Positions 41,380-49,059 of a DNA stretch of 64,000 nucleotides are shown here, one piece after another. Numbering within the stretch: the stretch's first letter is position 1; every line of letters begins with the position of its first letter. The DNA is from Gemmatimonadaceae bacterium (GTDB lineage: Bacteria > Gemmatimonadota > Gemmatimonadetes > Gemmatimonadales > Gemmatimonadaceae). The notes under the pieces were generated by a model. It was not told the DNA's origin. It saw only the letters and a list, made by a program, of their open reading frames with translations, and made no database searches. The stretch covers positions 5,307 to 69,306 of the forward strand of contig JAICNG010000003.1 of the NCBI GenBank assembly GCA_025931335.1, written 5' to 3'. The position numbers and the translations under genes are program-made.

Positions 41380-42405
41380 TCACACCCCCGCCTCCTCCTT
41401 CACCCCAAACACCGCCATATGCGAGGAGTGCCCCGGGTTCACCTTCTTCTCGGGGTAAATCCAGTGCACAGCCTGGTTGACGGCGATGGCGGCCTCGGAA
41501 TAGCCGGTCGCGATGAGCTTCAGCTTGCCGGGGTAGGTCGTGATGTCGCCCGCCGCCCAGATCCCCTGCCGCCCCGTCTCCATCGCGCTGTTCACGACGA
41601 TCTCGTCCTTCTCGAGACTGAGCCCCCACTCCGCCATCGAGCCGAGGTCGCTGACGAAGCCGAGCATGGGGAGGATTGCGTCGCAGTCGATGGCGACCGT
41701 CGTCTTCGCCTTGATGTCCTTCAGCACGACGCCCGACAGGTTCTCCCCGTTGCCGGTGATGTCGTGCAGCTCGTGGAAGGTGAGCATGCGGGCGCGTCCT
41801 TCGGCGCACGCGGCGCGGATCTCCTCGACCGTCGCGGCGTGCGCGCGAAACCGGTCGCTCCGGTGGGCGAGCGTCACCGCCGACGCGCGATCCAGCAGCT
41901 GGTGCGCCCAGTCGAATGCCGAGTCGCCGCCGCCGATGATCAGCACCTGCTTGCCGCGAAACCGCTCCGGATCGAGAACCCGGTCGTGAATTCCCTTCCC
42001 GTACCAGGGTTCCGCGCACGGCTGCGGAAGGCGGCGCGGTGAGAACGCCCCGATGCCGGCGGCGATCACAATTGCCCTGGTCGGAAACCGGTCCGTTTCG
42101 GTGACCAGCGTGAAGGTCCCGCCGTCCTCCTCGAGAGAGACGACGCGCTGATCGAAATGCATGGGTGCGCCGAACTGCTTGGCCTGCTCGAGCTGCCCCG
42201 CCACGAGGTCTTTCGCGAGCACCCGAGGAAACCCGGCGACGTCAAAGATGTACTTCTCAGGGTAGAGGGCGGTCAGCTGGCCGCCGGGCTCCGACAGGGC
42301 GTCGATGATCTGGGCGGAAACGCCCCGCATCCCCGCGTAGAAAAGAGCAAAGAGGCCGGTTGGGCCGGCGCCGAGAATGGTGATGTCCTTGGTTTCGTGC
42401 ACCAT
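41380..42405 (-). CDS. Thioredoxin-reductase-like ferredoxin-NADP(+) reductase (type 2 FNR, YumC-like)
   Basis: GAGPTGLFA FAD motif, GGQLTALYPEKYIFDVAGFP, and a second Rossmann motif GGGDSAFDWA. Confidence 0.8.
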   Translation of the reverse strand: MVHETKDITILGAGPTGLFALFYAGMRGVSAQIIDALSEPGGQLTALYPEKYIFDVAGFPRVLAKDLVAGQLEQAKQFGAPMHFDQRVVSLEEDGGTFTLVTETDRFPTRAIVIAAGIGAFSPRRLPQPCAEPWYGKGIHDRVLDPERFRGKQVLIIGGGDSAFDWAHQLLDRASAVTLAHRSDRFRAHAATVEEIRAACAEGRARMLTFHELHDITGNGENLSGVVLKDIKAKTTVAIDCDAILPMLGFVSDLGSMAEWGLSLEKDEIVVNSAMETGRQGIWAAGDITTYPGKLKLIATGYSEAAIAVNQAVHWIYPEKKVNPGHSSHMAVFGVKEEAGV

Positions 42406-42416
42406 GCAATAAGGTT

Positions 42417-42531
42417 AACACCCGAAGACGTCAGGTCACAGACGTCAGGGATCAGTGGTCAGTGGTGCACGTGCAGTCGACGTTTCTGAAATCTGACACC
42501 TGACGTCTGATACCTCACATCTTCGGGTGTT
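42417..42531. repeat. Imperfect palindrome with GACGTCAGG/GTCAG words
   Basis: acacccgaagacgtcaggtcacagacgtcagggatcagtggtcag ... ctgaaatctgacacctgacgtctgatacctcacatcttcgggtgt. The outer 11 bp are perfectly complementary. Confidence 0.8.
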
Positions 42532-43609
42532 GATCTCCGCGAAGGATTCTATGGAGCACTCGGAAGACCACATCCTCGACTACGCCGGCTCCTTCCGGCT
42601 GCTCCGAAAGGTGGCAGACGGTGGAATGGCCACCGTCTACGAGGCCGAGCAGCTCGGGCCCGCCGGGTTCGCGAAGCGGGTCGCGCTGAAGGTGATCCAT
42701 CCGCAGTACGCGTCGGAGCGGCACTGGCTGCAGCTCTTCATCGACGAGGCGAAGCTCTCCGCCAACCTCGCGCACGGCAACATCGTTCAGATCTACCAGC
42801 TCGGCCAAGTCGATGGGCAGTACTACATGGCGATGGAGTACATCCAGGGCCCCACGCTGCGGTCGATCATCGATCGCCATGCCGAGCTGCAGCAGCCGAT
42901 GCCCCTCCCGATCGCCGCCTACATCGCCTCGCGCGTGTGTCGCGCGCTCGACTACGCACACAACTTCGTCGCGCCGGGCGGACAGCGGCTCGACGTGGTG
43001 CACCGCGACGTCTCGCCCGGCAACATCATGGCGTCGTGGGACGGCCACATCAAACTGGCCGACTTCGGGATCGCGAAGGCCCGGACGTCGTTCGATCCGG
43101 CGGCCGAGCGGCACATCCTCATGGGGAAGAAGCACTACATGTCCCCGGAGCAGGCGCTCGCCCTCGCGGTGGACGCGCGGTCCGACGTCTTCACGTTAGG
43201 TGTCGTGCTGTACGAGATGCTCACCCTCGAGCCGCTGTTCAAGGAGGACATCACCGATCTCCTCCTCGACGAGGTGACGGTGCATCCGCTGCCGAGTGTG
43301 CGGGCGCGCGTCCCGCAGCTGCCGGGCGAGGTCGAGGACGTGCTGACGCGGGCGCTCGCGCGCGACCCGAACCGCCGCCCCACCGCCGCCGCGATGGGGC
43401 ACGCGCTCGACAAGTGGATCGAGCGCCAGCGTCCGGTCGCCACGCCCGACCGGTTGCAGGAGCACCTGGCGACGATCTTCCCGACGTCGCAGAAGCGCAT
43501 TTCCGGCTCGTCCGCCAAGGCGGAGACGCCGACGAAGTTCTCGAACTTCAAGCGCGGCCTGCGGCGGCCGAGAAAGCCGGGGTTCTTGGCGAGGCTGTTC
43601 GGGCTGTAG
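42527..43609 (+). CDS. Hanks-type Ser/Thr protein kinase (soluble, basic C-terminal tail)
   Basis: VALKVI Lys, HRDVSPGNI catalytic loop, DFG and MSPEQ. An alternative start is at 42551. Confidence 0.85.
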   Translation: MLISAKDSMEHSEDHILDYAGSFRLLRKVADGGMATVYEAEQLGPAGFAKRVALKVIHPQYASERHWLQLFIDEAKLSANLAHGNIVQIYQLGQVDGQYYMAMEYIQGPTLRSIIDRHAELQQPMPLPIAAYIASRVCRALDYAHNFVAPGGQRLDVVHRDVSPGNIMASWDGHIKLADFGIAKARTSFDPAAERHILMGKKHYMSPEQALALAVDARSDVFTLGVVLYEMLTLEPLFKEDITDLLLDEVTVHPLPSVRARVPQLPGEVEDVLTRALARDPNRRPTAAAMGHALDKWIERQRPVATPDRLQEHLATIFPTSQKRISGSSAKAETPTKFSNFKRGLRRPRKPGFLARLFGL

Positions 43610-43743
43610 GGGCCGGGGTCGAGGGATCGCGGGGTCACGGGGTCGAGGGCTCGTCTCGAGATCTCGACCGACGACGTCAGGGCCGGCCATCTCGACGAGG
43701 CGCCCTCGATCCCCCCGACACCTCGACACCCCGACCCCGGTCC
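43609..43743. repeat. Palindrome with GGGGTCGAG-type arms; family D copy 2
   Basis: ggggccggggtcgagggatcgcggggtcacggggtcgaggg ... ccctcgatccccccgacacctcgacaccccgaccccgg. It shares the 15-mer GGGGTCGAGGGATCG with 41224-41238. Confidence 0.85.
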
Positions 43744-43758
43744 GATAACGTGCCCCCC

Positions 43759-44304
43759 ATGAAGATCTACACGAAGACCGGCGACAAGGGCGACACCGGG
43801 CTCTTCGGTGGCGGGCGCGTTCCGAAGAATCATCCGCGCGTCGAAGCGTACGGCGACGTCGATGAGCTGAACGCCATCCTCGGCATGGCGCGGTCGGTCG
43901 AGATGATGCCGCGCATCGACGAAGTGCTGGTACCGGTCCAGCGCGATCTCTTTTCCCTGGGCGCCCTTCTCGCCACACCGCACCCCGAGAAGGTGCAGCA
44001 GCAGCTCGCGAAGGCTCGCATCGACGACGGACGCATTGCCGAGCTGGAGCGCGCCATCGATGAGGGAGAGGCCGAGCTGGAGCCGCTCGAGGCGTTCATT
44101 CTTCCCGGCGGCACGCCCAAGGCCTCCGCGCTCCACGTCGCGCGCACCGTGTGCCGGCGCGCCGAGCGTCGCGTGATCGCGCTTGCCGCCGAGGTGGACG
44201 TGCCCCCCATCGTGATCACCTATCTCAATCGCCTCTCCGACCTGCTCTTCGTGCTCTCGCGCGTCGCCAACCGCCGCGCCGGCGCGGGAGAGGTGACATG
44301 GTAA
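43759..44304 (+). CDS. PduO-type ATP:cob(I)alamin adenosyltransferase
   Basis: ATG at 43759 inside ORF 42937..44304. Sequence MKIYTKTGDKGDTGL...ILPGG...ARTVCRRAER...YLNRLSD. Confidence 0.85.
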   Translation: MKIYTKTGDKGDTGLFGGGRVPKNHPRVEAYGDVDELNAILGMARSVEMMPRIDEVLVPVQRDLFSLGALLATPHPEKVQQQLAKARIDDGRIAELERAIDEGEAELEPLEAFILPGGTPKASALHVARTVCRRAERRVIALAAEVDVPPIVITYLNRLSDLLFVLSRVANRRAGAGEVTW

Positions 44305-44308
44305 GGCG

Positions 44309-44369
44309 AGATTACGGATAGCGGATTGCGGCTTGAGCATCCCCATCAGCAATCCGCACTCCGCAATCT
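44309..44369. repeat. Palindrome built from GCGGATT words; family E copy 2
   Basis: gattacggatagcggattgcgg / cttgagcatccccat / cagcaatccgcactccgcaatc. Confidence 0.8.
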
Positions 44370-44377
44370 TCCTTTCC

Positions 44378-45460
44378 ATGCATTCCATCTCTCTCCCGAC
44401 CTACGACGTTCTCGTCAAGCACGGTGCCCTGGCGAGCGTCGCCGACATCGCGCGGAGCACGACGCGCGCCCATCGGTATGCGGTCATCACGGACACCAAC
44501 GTCGTGCGCCCACATGCCGAGCGCGTGGTCAACGAGCTCGGGTCGGTGGGGACGCGGACGTTCACGGTGCCGCCGGGGGAGAGCTCGAAGACGCGCGAGA
44601 CGTGGGCGCGTGTCACCGACGAGATGCTGGAGGCCGGCTTCGGGCGCGACGCCGCGATCATCGCCGTCGGCGGTGGCGTCATCGGCGATCTGGCCGGTTT
44701 CGTCGCCGCGACGTTCATGCGCGGCATAAAGTACGTCCAGGTGCCGACGTCGCTGATCGCGATGATCGATGCCTCGATCGGCGGAAAGACCGGCGTCGAT
44801 ACACCGCGCGGCAAGAACCTCGTCGGCGCGTTCCATCAGCCGACGGCGGTGCTCGCCGATCCGGCCGTGCTCTCGACACTGCCCCCCGAGCACTTTCGCG
44901 CGGGGCTCGGCGAAGCGATCAAGCACGGCGTGATCGCCGACGCGATGTACCTCGAGCGGACGGTCACCGACGTCCCGATGCTGCTCGATCGCTCCACCCG
45001 GCGGCCCGACGCGACCGAGGCCCTCGTCGCACGCAGCATCGAGATCAAGGCGGAGATCGTCCGTCGCGACGAGCGCGAGCATGGGCTGCGACAGGTCCTC
45101 AACTTCGGGCACACGATCGGGCACGCGATCGAGGCCGCGTCGGGCTACACCCTCCTCCACGGCGAGTGCGTGGCGGTGGGCATGGTCTACGAGGCGACGA
45201 TGGCGGTGAAGATGGGGGTCGCGACGCCGGGCACGGCGCGCGACGTCAAACGGGCCGTGGAGCGCGTTGGGCTCCCGACCGCGCTCCCGCCGGGGGCGAC
45301 GGTCGACAAGCTGCTGGCGCTCATGAGAGCGGACAAGAAAGTGCGCTCGGGCGCGCTCCGCTTCGCGCTCCCGCGCGAGATCGGCGCGATGGCGAGCGGC
45401 GATGGGACCTGGTCGGTGCCGGTGGAGGAGTCGGTGGTGCGAGGGGTGCTGGCGTCCTGA
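44378..45460 (+). CDS. aroB: 3-dehydroquinate synthase
   Basis: GGGVIGDLAGF, VPTSLIAMIDASIGGKTGV, NLVGAFHQP and the GHTIGHAIE motifs. Confidence 0.9.
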   Translation: MHSISLPTYDVLVKHGALASVADIARSTTRAHRYAVITDTNVVRPHAERVVNELGSVGTRTFTVPPGESSKTRETWARVTDEMLEAGFGRDAAIIAVGGGVIGDLAGFVAATFMRGIKYVQVPTSLIAMIDASIGGKTGVDTPRGKNLVGAFHQPTAVLADPAVLSTLPPEHFRAGLGEAIKHGVIADAMYLERTVTDVPMLLDRSTRRPDATEALVARSIEIKAEIVRRDEREHGLRQVLNFGHTIGHAIEAASGYTLLHGECVAVGMVYEATMAVKMGVATPGTARDVKRAVERVGLPTALPPGATVDKLLALMRADKKVRSGALRFALPREIGAMASGDGTWSVPVEESVVRGVLAS

Positions 45461-45549
45461 GCCGGCAGACCGTTGCCGCCTGAACGGGGCACCTAACTTG
45501 CCTGAGCCCCCATCGTTCGCTCCAGTGGCGCGCTAACCTCGGAGGCATC

Positions 45550-45729
45550 ATGTCTTCGTTCTCGACGTACATCGTTGGCTTCATCATCCTCGTCATCGGG
45601 CTCGCGCTCGCGGCCTACCTGCTGAACGTGCCGGCGATGTGGATCGCGGTCGGGGTCGTGATCCTGATCGGGATCGGCGTCCTGATGGCGACCAGCCGCA
45701 CGAAGCCCAGGGACCCGCCGGTCGCATAG
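45550..45729 (+). CDS. Small two-TM membrane protein (59 aa); not in the ORF track
   Basis: My translation is MSSFSTYIVGFIILVIGLALAAYLLNVPAMWIAVGVVILIGIGVLMATSRTKPRDPPVA. A GGAGG Shine-Dalgarno sits at 45541-45545. Confidence 0.55.
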   Translation: MSSFSTYIVGFIILVIGLALAAYLLNVPAMWIAVGVVILIGIGVLMATSRTKPRDPPVA

Positions 45730-45746
45730 CGACTAGCCCGGGCCCG

Positions 45747-45849
45747 GGGCCAAGGGCCACGGGCCAAGGGGTGGGTCCGGGTTATCCGATGAGCAACCGG
45801 CGGCGCGGGAGCGCCGCCGATTGCCTTTCCACCCCCTTGGCCCGTGGCC
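45747..45849. repeat. Palindrome with GGGCCAAGG/GGCCACGG arms and a central GC hairpin
   Basis: gggccaagggccacgggccaaggggtgg ... ccggcggcgc-ggga-gcgccgccg ... ccacccccttggcccgtggcc. Confidence 0.75.
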
Positions 45850-45919
45850 ACTGACCCTCGACCCACCCACGCCGTCCCTAACCCTTAAGCCCGAAAAACG
45901 CCGGTTAGTGCGCCAACAG

Positions 45920-45946
45920 TTGACCTTTCGATGCCGAGGCTATTAT
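45920..45946 (+). promoter_or_regulatory. Possible promoter of the sigma-factor gene
   Basis: TTGACC (45920-45925) and TATTAT (45941-45946), but the spacer is only 15 nt. Confidence 0.25.
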
Positions 45947-46024
45947 CCTGCCCCTCCCCGACGGAGCTATGCCTGCACGACGGCCTACCGGCCCACACCA
46001 TCACCTTCCATGTAAGGGGTGTGT

Positions 46025-46918
46025 ATGCAGCATGTGACGGAGAGCAGGTCCAAAGGTTACTTCCGTTCCTCTCCTTCCACCGCATTCGACCAATACCTCC
46101 AGGACATCCAAAAACTTCCTCTCATAGAGGACCCCGAAGAAGAACGGCGCCTCGCCCGTCGCGCCCAGAAAGGTGATGAGAAAGCCGCCGAGCGGCTCGT
46201 CACGGCGAACCTCAGATTCGTCATCTCGTACGTCAAGAAGTACCAGGGCCACGGCCTCGACCTCTCCGAGCTCGTCGCCATCGGCAATGAGGGCCTCCTC
46301 AAGGCCGTCAAGAAATTCGATCCCGACCAGGGCGTGAAATTCATCTCCTACGCCGTCTGGTGGGTTCGTCAGGCAGTACTCAAGGCACTCGCCGAGCAGA
46401 CCCGGTCCGTCCGCATCCCCCTCAACCAGAACTCGCAGCTCATCAAGCTCGCGCGCGCCGAAACGGTGCTCGCGCAGGTGCTGAAGCGCGATCCGACCGA
46501 TGATGAGATCGGGCGTCTGATCGAGGAAACGCCGGACCAGGTTCGCGCCGCCCGACAGATGTCGGCCACCGAGGTGTCGCTCGATGCGCCGATCGATCGT
46601 TCGGACCGCGAAGCGTCCACGTTAGGTGAGCGCTTCGTCGGCGTCGACGGCCGCGACATTGAAGACGTAACCGACTTCAAGCTCATGCGGGAGTTCATCG
46701 ATCGCGTCTTCACCAAGTACCTGACGCCACGCGAACGGAAGATCCTCTACCTGTACTACGGGCTCGAGGAAGGCTCCGAGGCGATGACGCTGGAGAAGAT
46801 CGGCGCGCTGATGGGCGTCACCCGCGAGCGCATTCGTCAAATCCGTGAGCGGGCGTTCGAGAAGCTGCGCGAATCACCGGACGGACGGGCGCTGGCCGGA
46901 TTCTGGAACTTCGCCTGA
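46025..46918 (+). CDS. Sigma-70 family RNA polymerase sigma factor, RpoD-like (regions 1.2-4, no long region 1.1)
   Basis: Region 2 (NLRFVISYVKKY...LVAIGNEGLLKAVKKFD...FISYAVWWVRQA), region 3 and region 4 (TLEKIGALMGVTRERIRQI). The ATG at 46025 follows an AAGGGG. Confidence 0.85.
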   Translation: MQHVTESRSKGYFRSSPSTAFDQYLQDIQKLPLIEDPEEERRLARRAQKGDEKAAERLVTANLRFVISYVKKYQGHGLDLSELVAIGNEGLLKAVKKFDPDQGVKFISYAVWWVRQAVLKALAEQTRSVRIPLNQNSQLIKLARAETVLAQVLKRDPTDDEIGRLIEETPDQVRAARQMSATEVSLDAPIDRSDREASTLGERFVGVDGRDIEDVTDFKLMREFIDRVFTKYLTPRERKILYLYYGLEEGSEAMTLEKIGALMGVTRERIRQIRERAFEKLRESPDGRALAGFWNFA

Positions 46919-46938
46919 CCACGTCCACTCTCACGAGA

Positions 46939-46969
46939 AACGGGGGCTCGGCTCAGCCGGGCCCCCGTT
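46939..46969 (+). terminator. Stem-loop downstream of the sigma-factor gene (14-bp stem, 3-nt loop, no U tract)
   Basis: aacgggggctcggc-tca-gccgggcccccgtt, 20 nt after the stop. Confidence 0.45.
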
Positions 46970-47003
46970 CTCGCATCCGGGGGCGAGTCGTTATGTTGGC
47001 GGC

Positions 47004-47417
47004 GTGAGCTCCGAGCCCAACGTGCCTCCAAAACCGCGCGTGCTCGTGATCGACGACGAGGCGACGATCCGCGCAGCCCTCCGGCGCTTCTTCAAGCGTC
47101 GTGACTGGCTCTACGATGAAGCCGAGGATGGCGCGCGCGGCCTCGCGAAGCTCCTTGCCCCCGGCGCGGGGTACACGGCCATCATCTCGGACCTTCGCAT
47201 GCCGGGGATGTCGGGCATGGCGCTGCACGACGAGCTCGCCCAGCGGCGCCCCGAATTGCTCGACCGGCTCGTGTTCTCCACCGGTGACGTCGCGTCGAAG
47301 GACGCCGCCGAGTTCGTGCAGCGCACCCGCTGCTTCATCCTCGAAAAGCCATTCGAGCTGAGCAAGCTGGGAGAAACGTTGGAGCGGATCCGGGCCACCG
47401 CCCCACCGATTCCCTGA
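47004..47417 (+). CDS. Stand-alone response-regulator receiver protein
   Basis: GTG at 47004 inside ORF 46845..47417. Sequence VLVIDDEATIR...IISDLRMPGMSG...KPF. Confidence 0.8.
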   Translation: MSSEPNVPPKPRVLVIDDEATIRAALRRFFKRRDWLYDEAEDGARGLAKLLAPGAGYTAIISDLRMPGMSGMALHDELAQRRPELLDRLVFSTGDVASKDAAEFVQRTRCFILEKPFELSKLGETLERIRATAPPIP

Positions 47418-47470
47418 CTACCTCCCGCCTTCCGCTGCTCATCAATGCCTCGGCCCCTCGCGCGCGCGAG

Positions 47471-48289
47471 GTGGCCGATGCCGTGCGCGACAGCGGCCTT
47501 CCGATCGATCCGCGCGTACTGCCCGCGGCACAGATCGCCGAGACGCTCCGTCGGCTCGCCGAGTCAGGCGTTAGGCGCGCCGGCGTCTCGGGAGGGGATG
47601 GGACGATCGCGCTGGCGGCCGGCGTCGCCTCGAGCGTCGCGCTCGAGCTGGCCGTGATCCCTGGCGGCACGCTGAACCACCTCGCCCGGGACCTCGGCAT
47701 CCCGAGCGAGCTGGACGAGGCGCTTCGCGTCGCGGTTACCGGTGAGGCGCGACCCATCGATGCGGGCTCGGTGAACGGTCACCTTTTCCTCAACACCAGC
47801 TCGGTCGGGACGTACGTCACCTTCGTGCGGCTTCGCGAGCGTCTCGAGCGCTACCTCGGCTATCGCCTGGCGAGCATCGCGGCAGCCCTTCGCCTGCTCG
47901 TCCGCCCGCGCACCTTCACCGTCGAGGTCGAGGTCGAGGGAAGGTTGCGGGCCGACATCTCCCCGCTCGTGTTTGTCGGTGTCGGCGAGCGAGAGTTGAA
48001 GCTGCCAACACTCGGCGGCCGCGCCGAGGGCGGGCGACGGGGCCTGCACCTGATGATCGTGCGGGGTCGATCGCGCGCGCGTCTGGCGGCCCTGGCGTTC
48101 GCGGCGGCGGCTCGCGGAACTCGCTCCGCCATGCGGAGCCCGGCGCTCGAGGCGGTAATCGTGAACCAGTTCACGATCCGCATGCGCCGCCCGCACGGAC
48201 GCGTCGCGACCGATGGCGAGCTGAACACGATGATCGCGCCGCTGGAATACCGGTGGCTGCCGGGTGCGGTGATGGTGGTGACACCCTGA
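47471..48289 (+). CDS. Diacylglycerol-kinase-family lipid kinase paralogue
   Basis: GGDGT motif and VIPGGTLNHLARDLG. Coordinates use the first canonical start (GTG). The conserved LPLLINASAP strand lies upstream, back to a CTG at 47414 (see findings). Confidence 0.75.
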   Translation: MADAVRDSGLPIDPRVLPAAQIAETLRRLAESGVRRAGVSGGDGTIALAAGVASSVALELAVIPGGTLNHLARDLGIPSELDEALRVAVTGEARPIDAGSVNGHLFLNTSSVGTYVTFVRLRERLERYLGYRLASIAAALRLLVRPRTFTVEVEVEGRLRADISPLVFVGVGERELKLPTLGGRAEGGRRGLHLMIVRGRSRARLAALAFAAAARGTRSAMRSPALEAVIVNQFTIRMRRPHGRVATDGELNTMIAPLEYRWLPGAVMVVTP

Positions 48290-48382
48290 GAGGTGCTCAA
48301 GGTGCTCGAGGTGCCCGAGGTGCTCGAGGTGCGCTGAAGTCCCCCCTGGAGCACCTTGAGCACCTCGAGCACCTCGAGCACC
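48290..48382. repeat. Palindrome with (GGTGCTCGA)n arms; family B copy 3
   Basis: gaggtgctcaaggtgctcgaggtgcccgaggtgctcgaggtgcgc / tgaagtcccccc / tggagcaccttgagcacctcgagcacctcgagcacc. It fills the spacer from stop 48289 to start 48391. Confidence 0.9.
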
Positions 48383-48390
48383 TTTCAGTC

Positions 48391-49059
48391 GTGGCCGCGT
48401 CCACACTCCCGATCTTCCCGCTCCCGCTGGTTCTCTTCCCGGGCGTCACGATCCCGCTGCACATCTTCGAGCCGCGCTACCGCCGCATGCTCGCGGACTG
48501 CCTCGAGCGCGATCGGCGCTTTGGCGTTCTGTTTCTCGCCGAGGGAACCGCCGAAGAGAGTCTTGCCGCCGGCGGCGAGGTGGGCTGCGTCGCGCACATC
48601 GAGTCGCGCGACGAGCTTCCCGACGGACGGTCCAACATCACGGTCGAGGGCCGCGAGCGGTTTCTGCTGCGCGCGCTGGTGACGTCGCCGCTCCCGTACC
48701 ACGTGGGGATGATCGTGCCGTACGAGGATGCACCCGAGCCCACGGCGCTGCTCGAGCCCTTGGCCACCCGCGTTCGAGAGCGCTTCGAGCGCATCGCGCA
48801 TGCCGCGCGCACGATCTCGGATGATGCTGACGCCATCCCCGAGCTCCCCGATGATCCCGCGTTGCTCGCTTTCCGTGTCGCGTCGTTCATCGACCTCGAT
48901 GTTCCCGCGCGGCGGCAGCTGCTCGCATCGACATCGCCGGGCGAGCGGCTGCGCACCGTCGACAGTGTCCTCGCTCCCGCCGTCGACCCCATGGAGCAGC
49001 GCGCGACGACGCACGAGCGAGCCAAGACGAATGGCCATGGCGGCGTTGCCCATCTCTGA
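48391..49059 (+). CDS. Lon N-terminal (LON substrate-binding) domain protein
   Basis: GTG at 48391 inside ORF 48253..49059; the upstream part is repeat-derived. Sequence LPIFPLPLVLFPGVTIPLHIFEPRYRRML. Confidence 0.8.
   Translation: MAASTLPIFPLPLVLFPGVTIPLHIFEPRYRRMLADCLERDRRFGVLFLAEGTAEESLAAGGEVGCVAHIESRDELPDGRSNITVEGRERFLLRALVTSPLPYHVGMIVPYEDAPEPTALLEPLATRVRERFERIAHAARTISDDADAIPELPDDPALLAFRVASFIDLDVPARRQLLASTSPGERLRTVDSVLAPAVDPMEQRATTHERAKTNGHGGVAHL

Noticed and set aside
45920-45946. A strong promoter call for the sigma-factor gene.
   Set aside because: The -35/-10 spacing is only 15 nt and promoter consensus in this lineage is unknown to me. It is retained only as a low-confidence feature.
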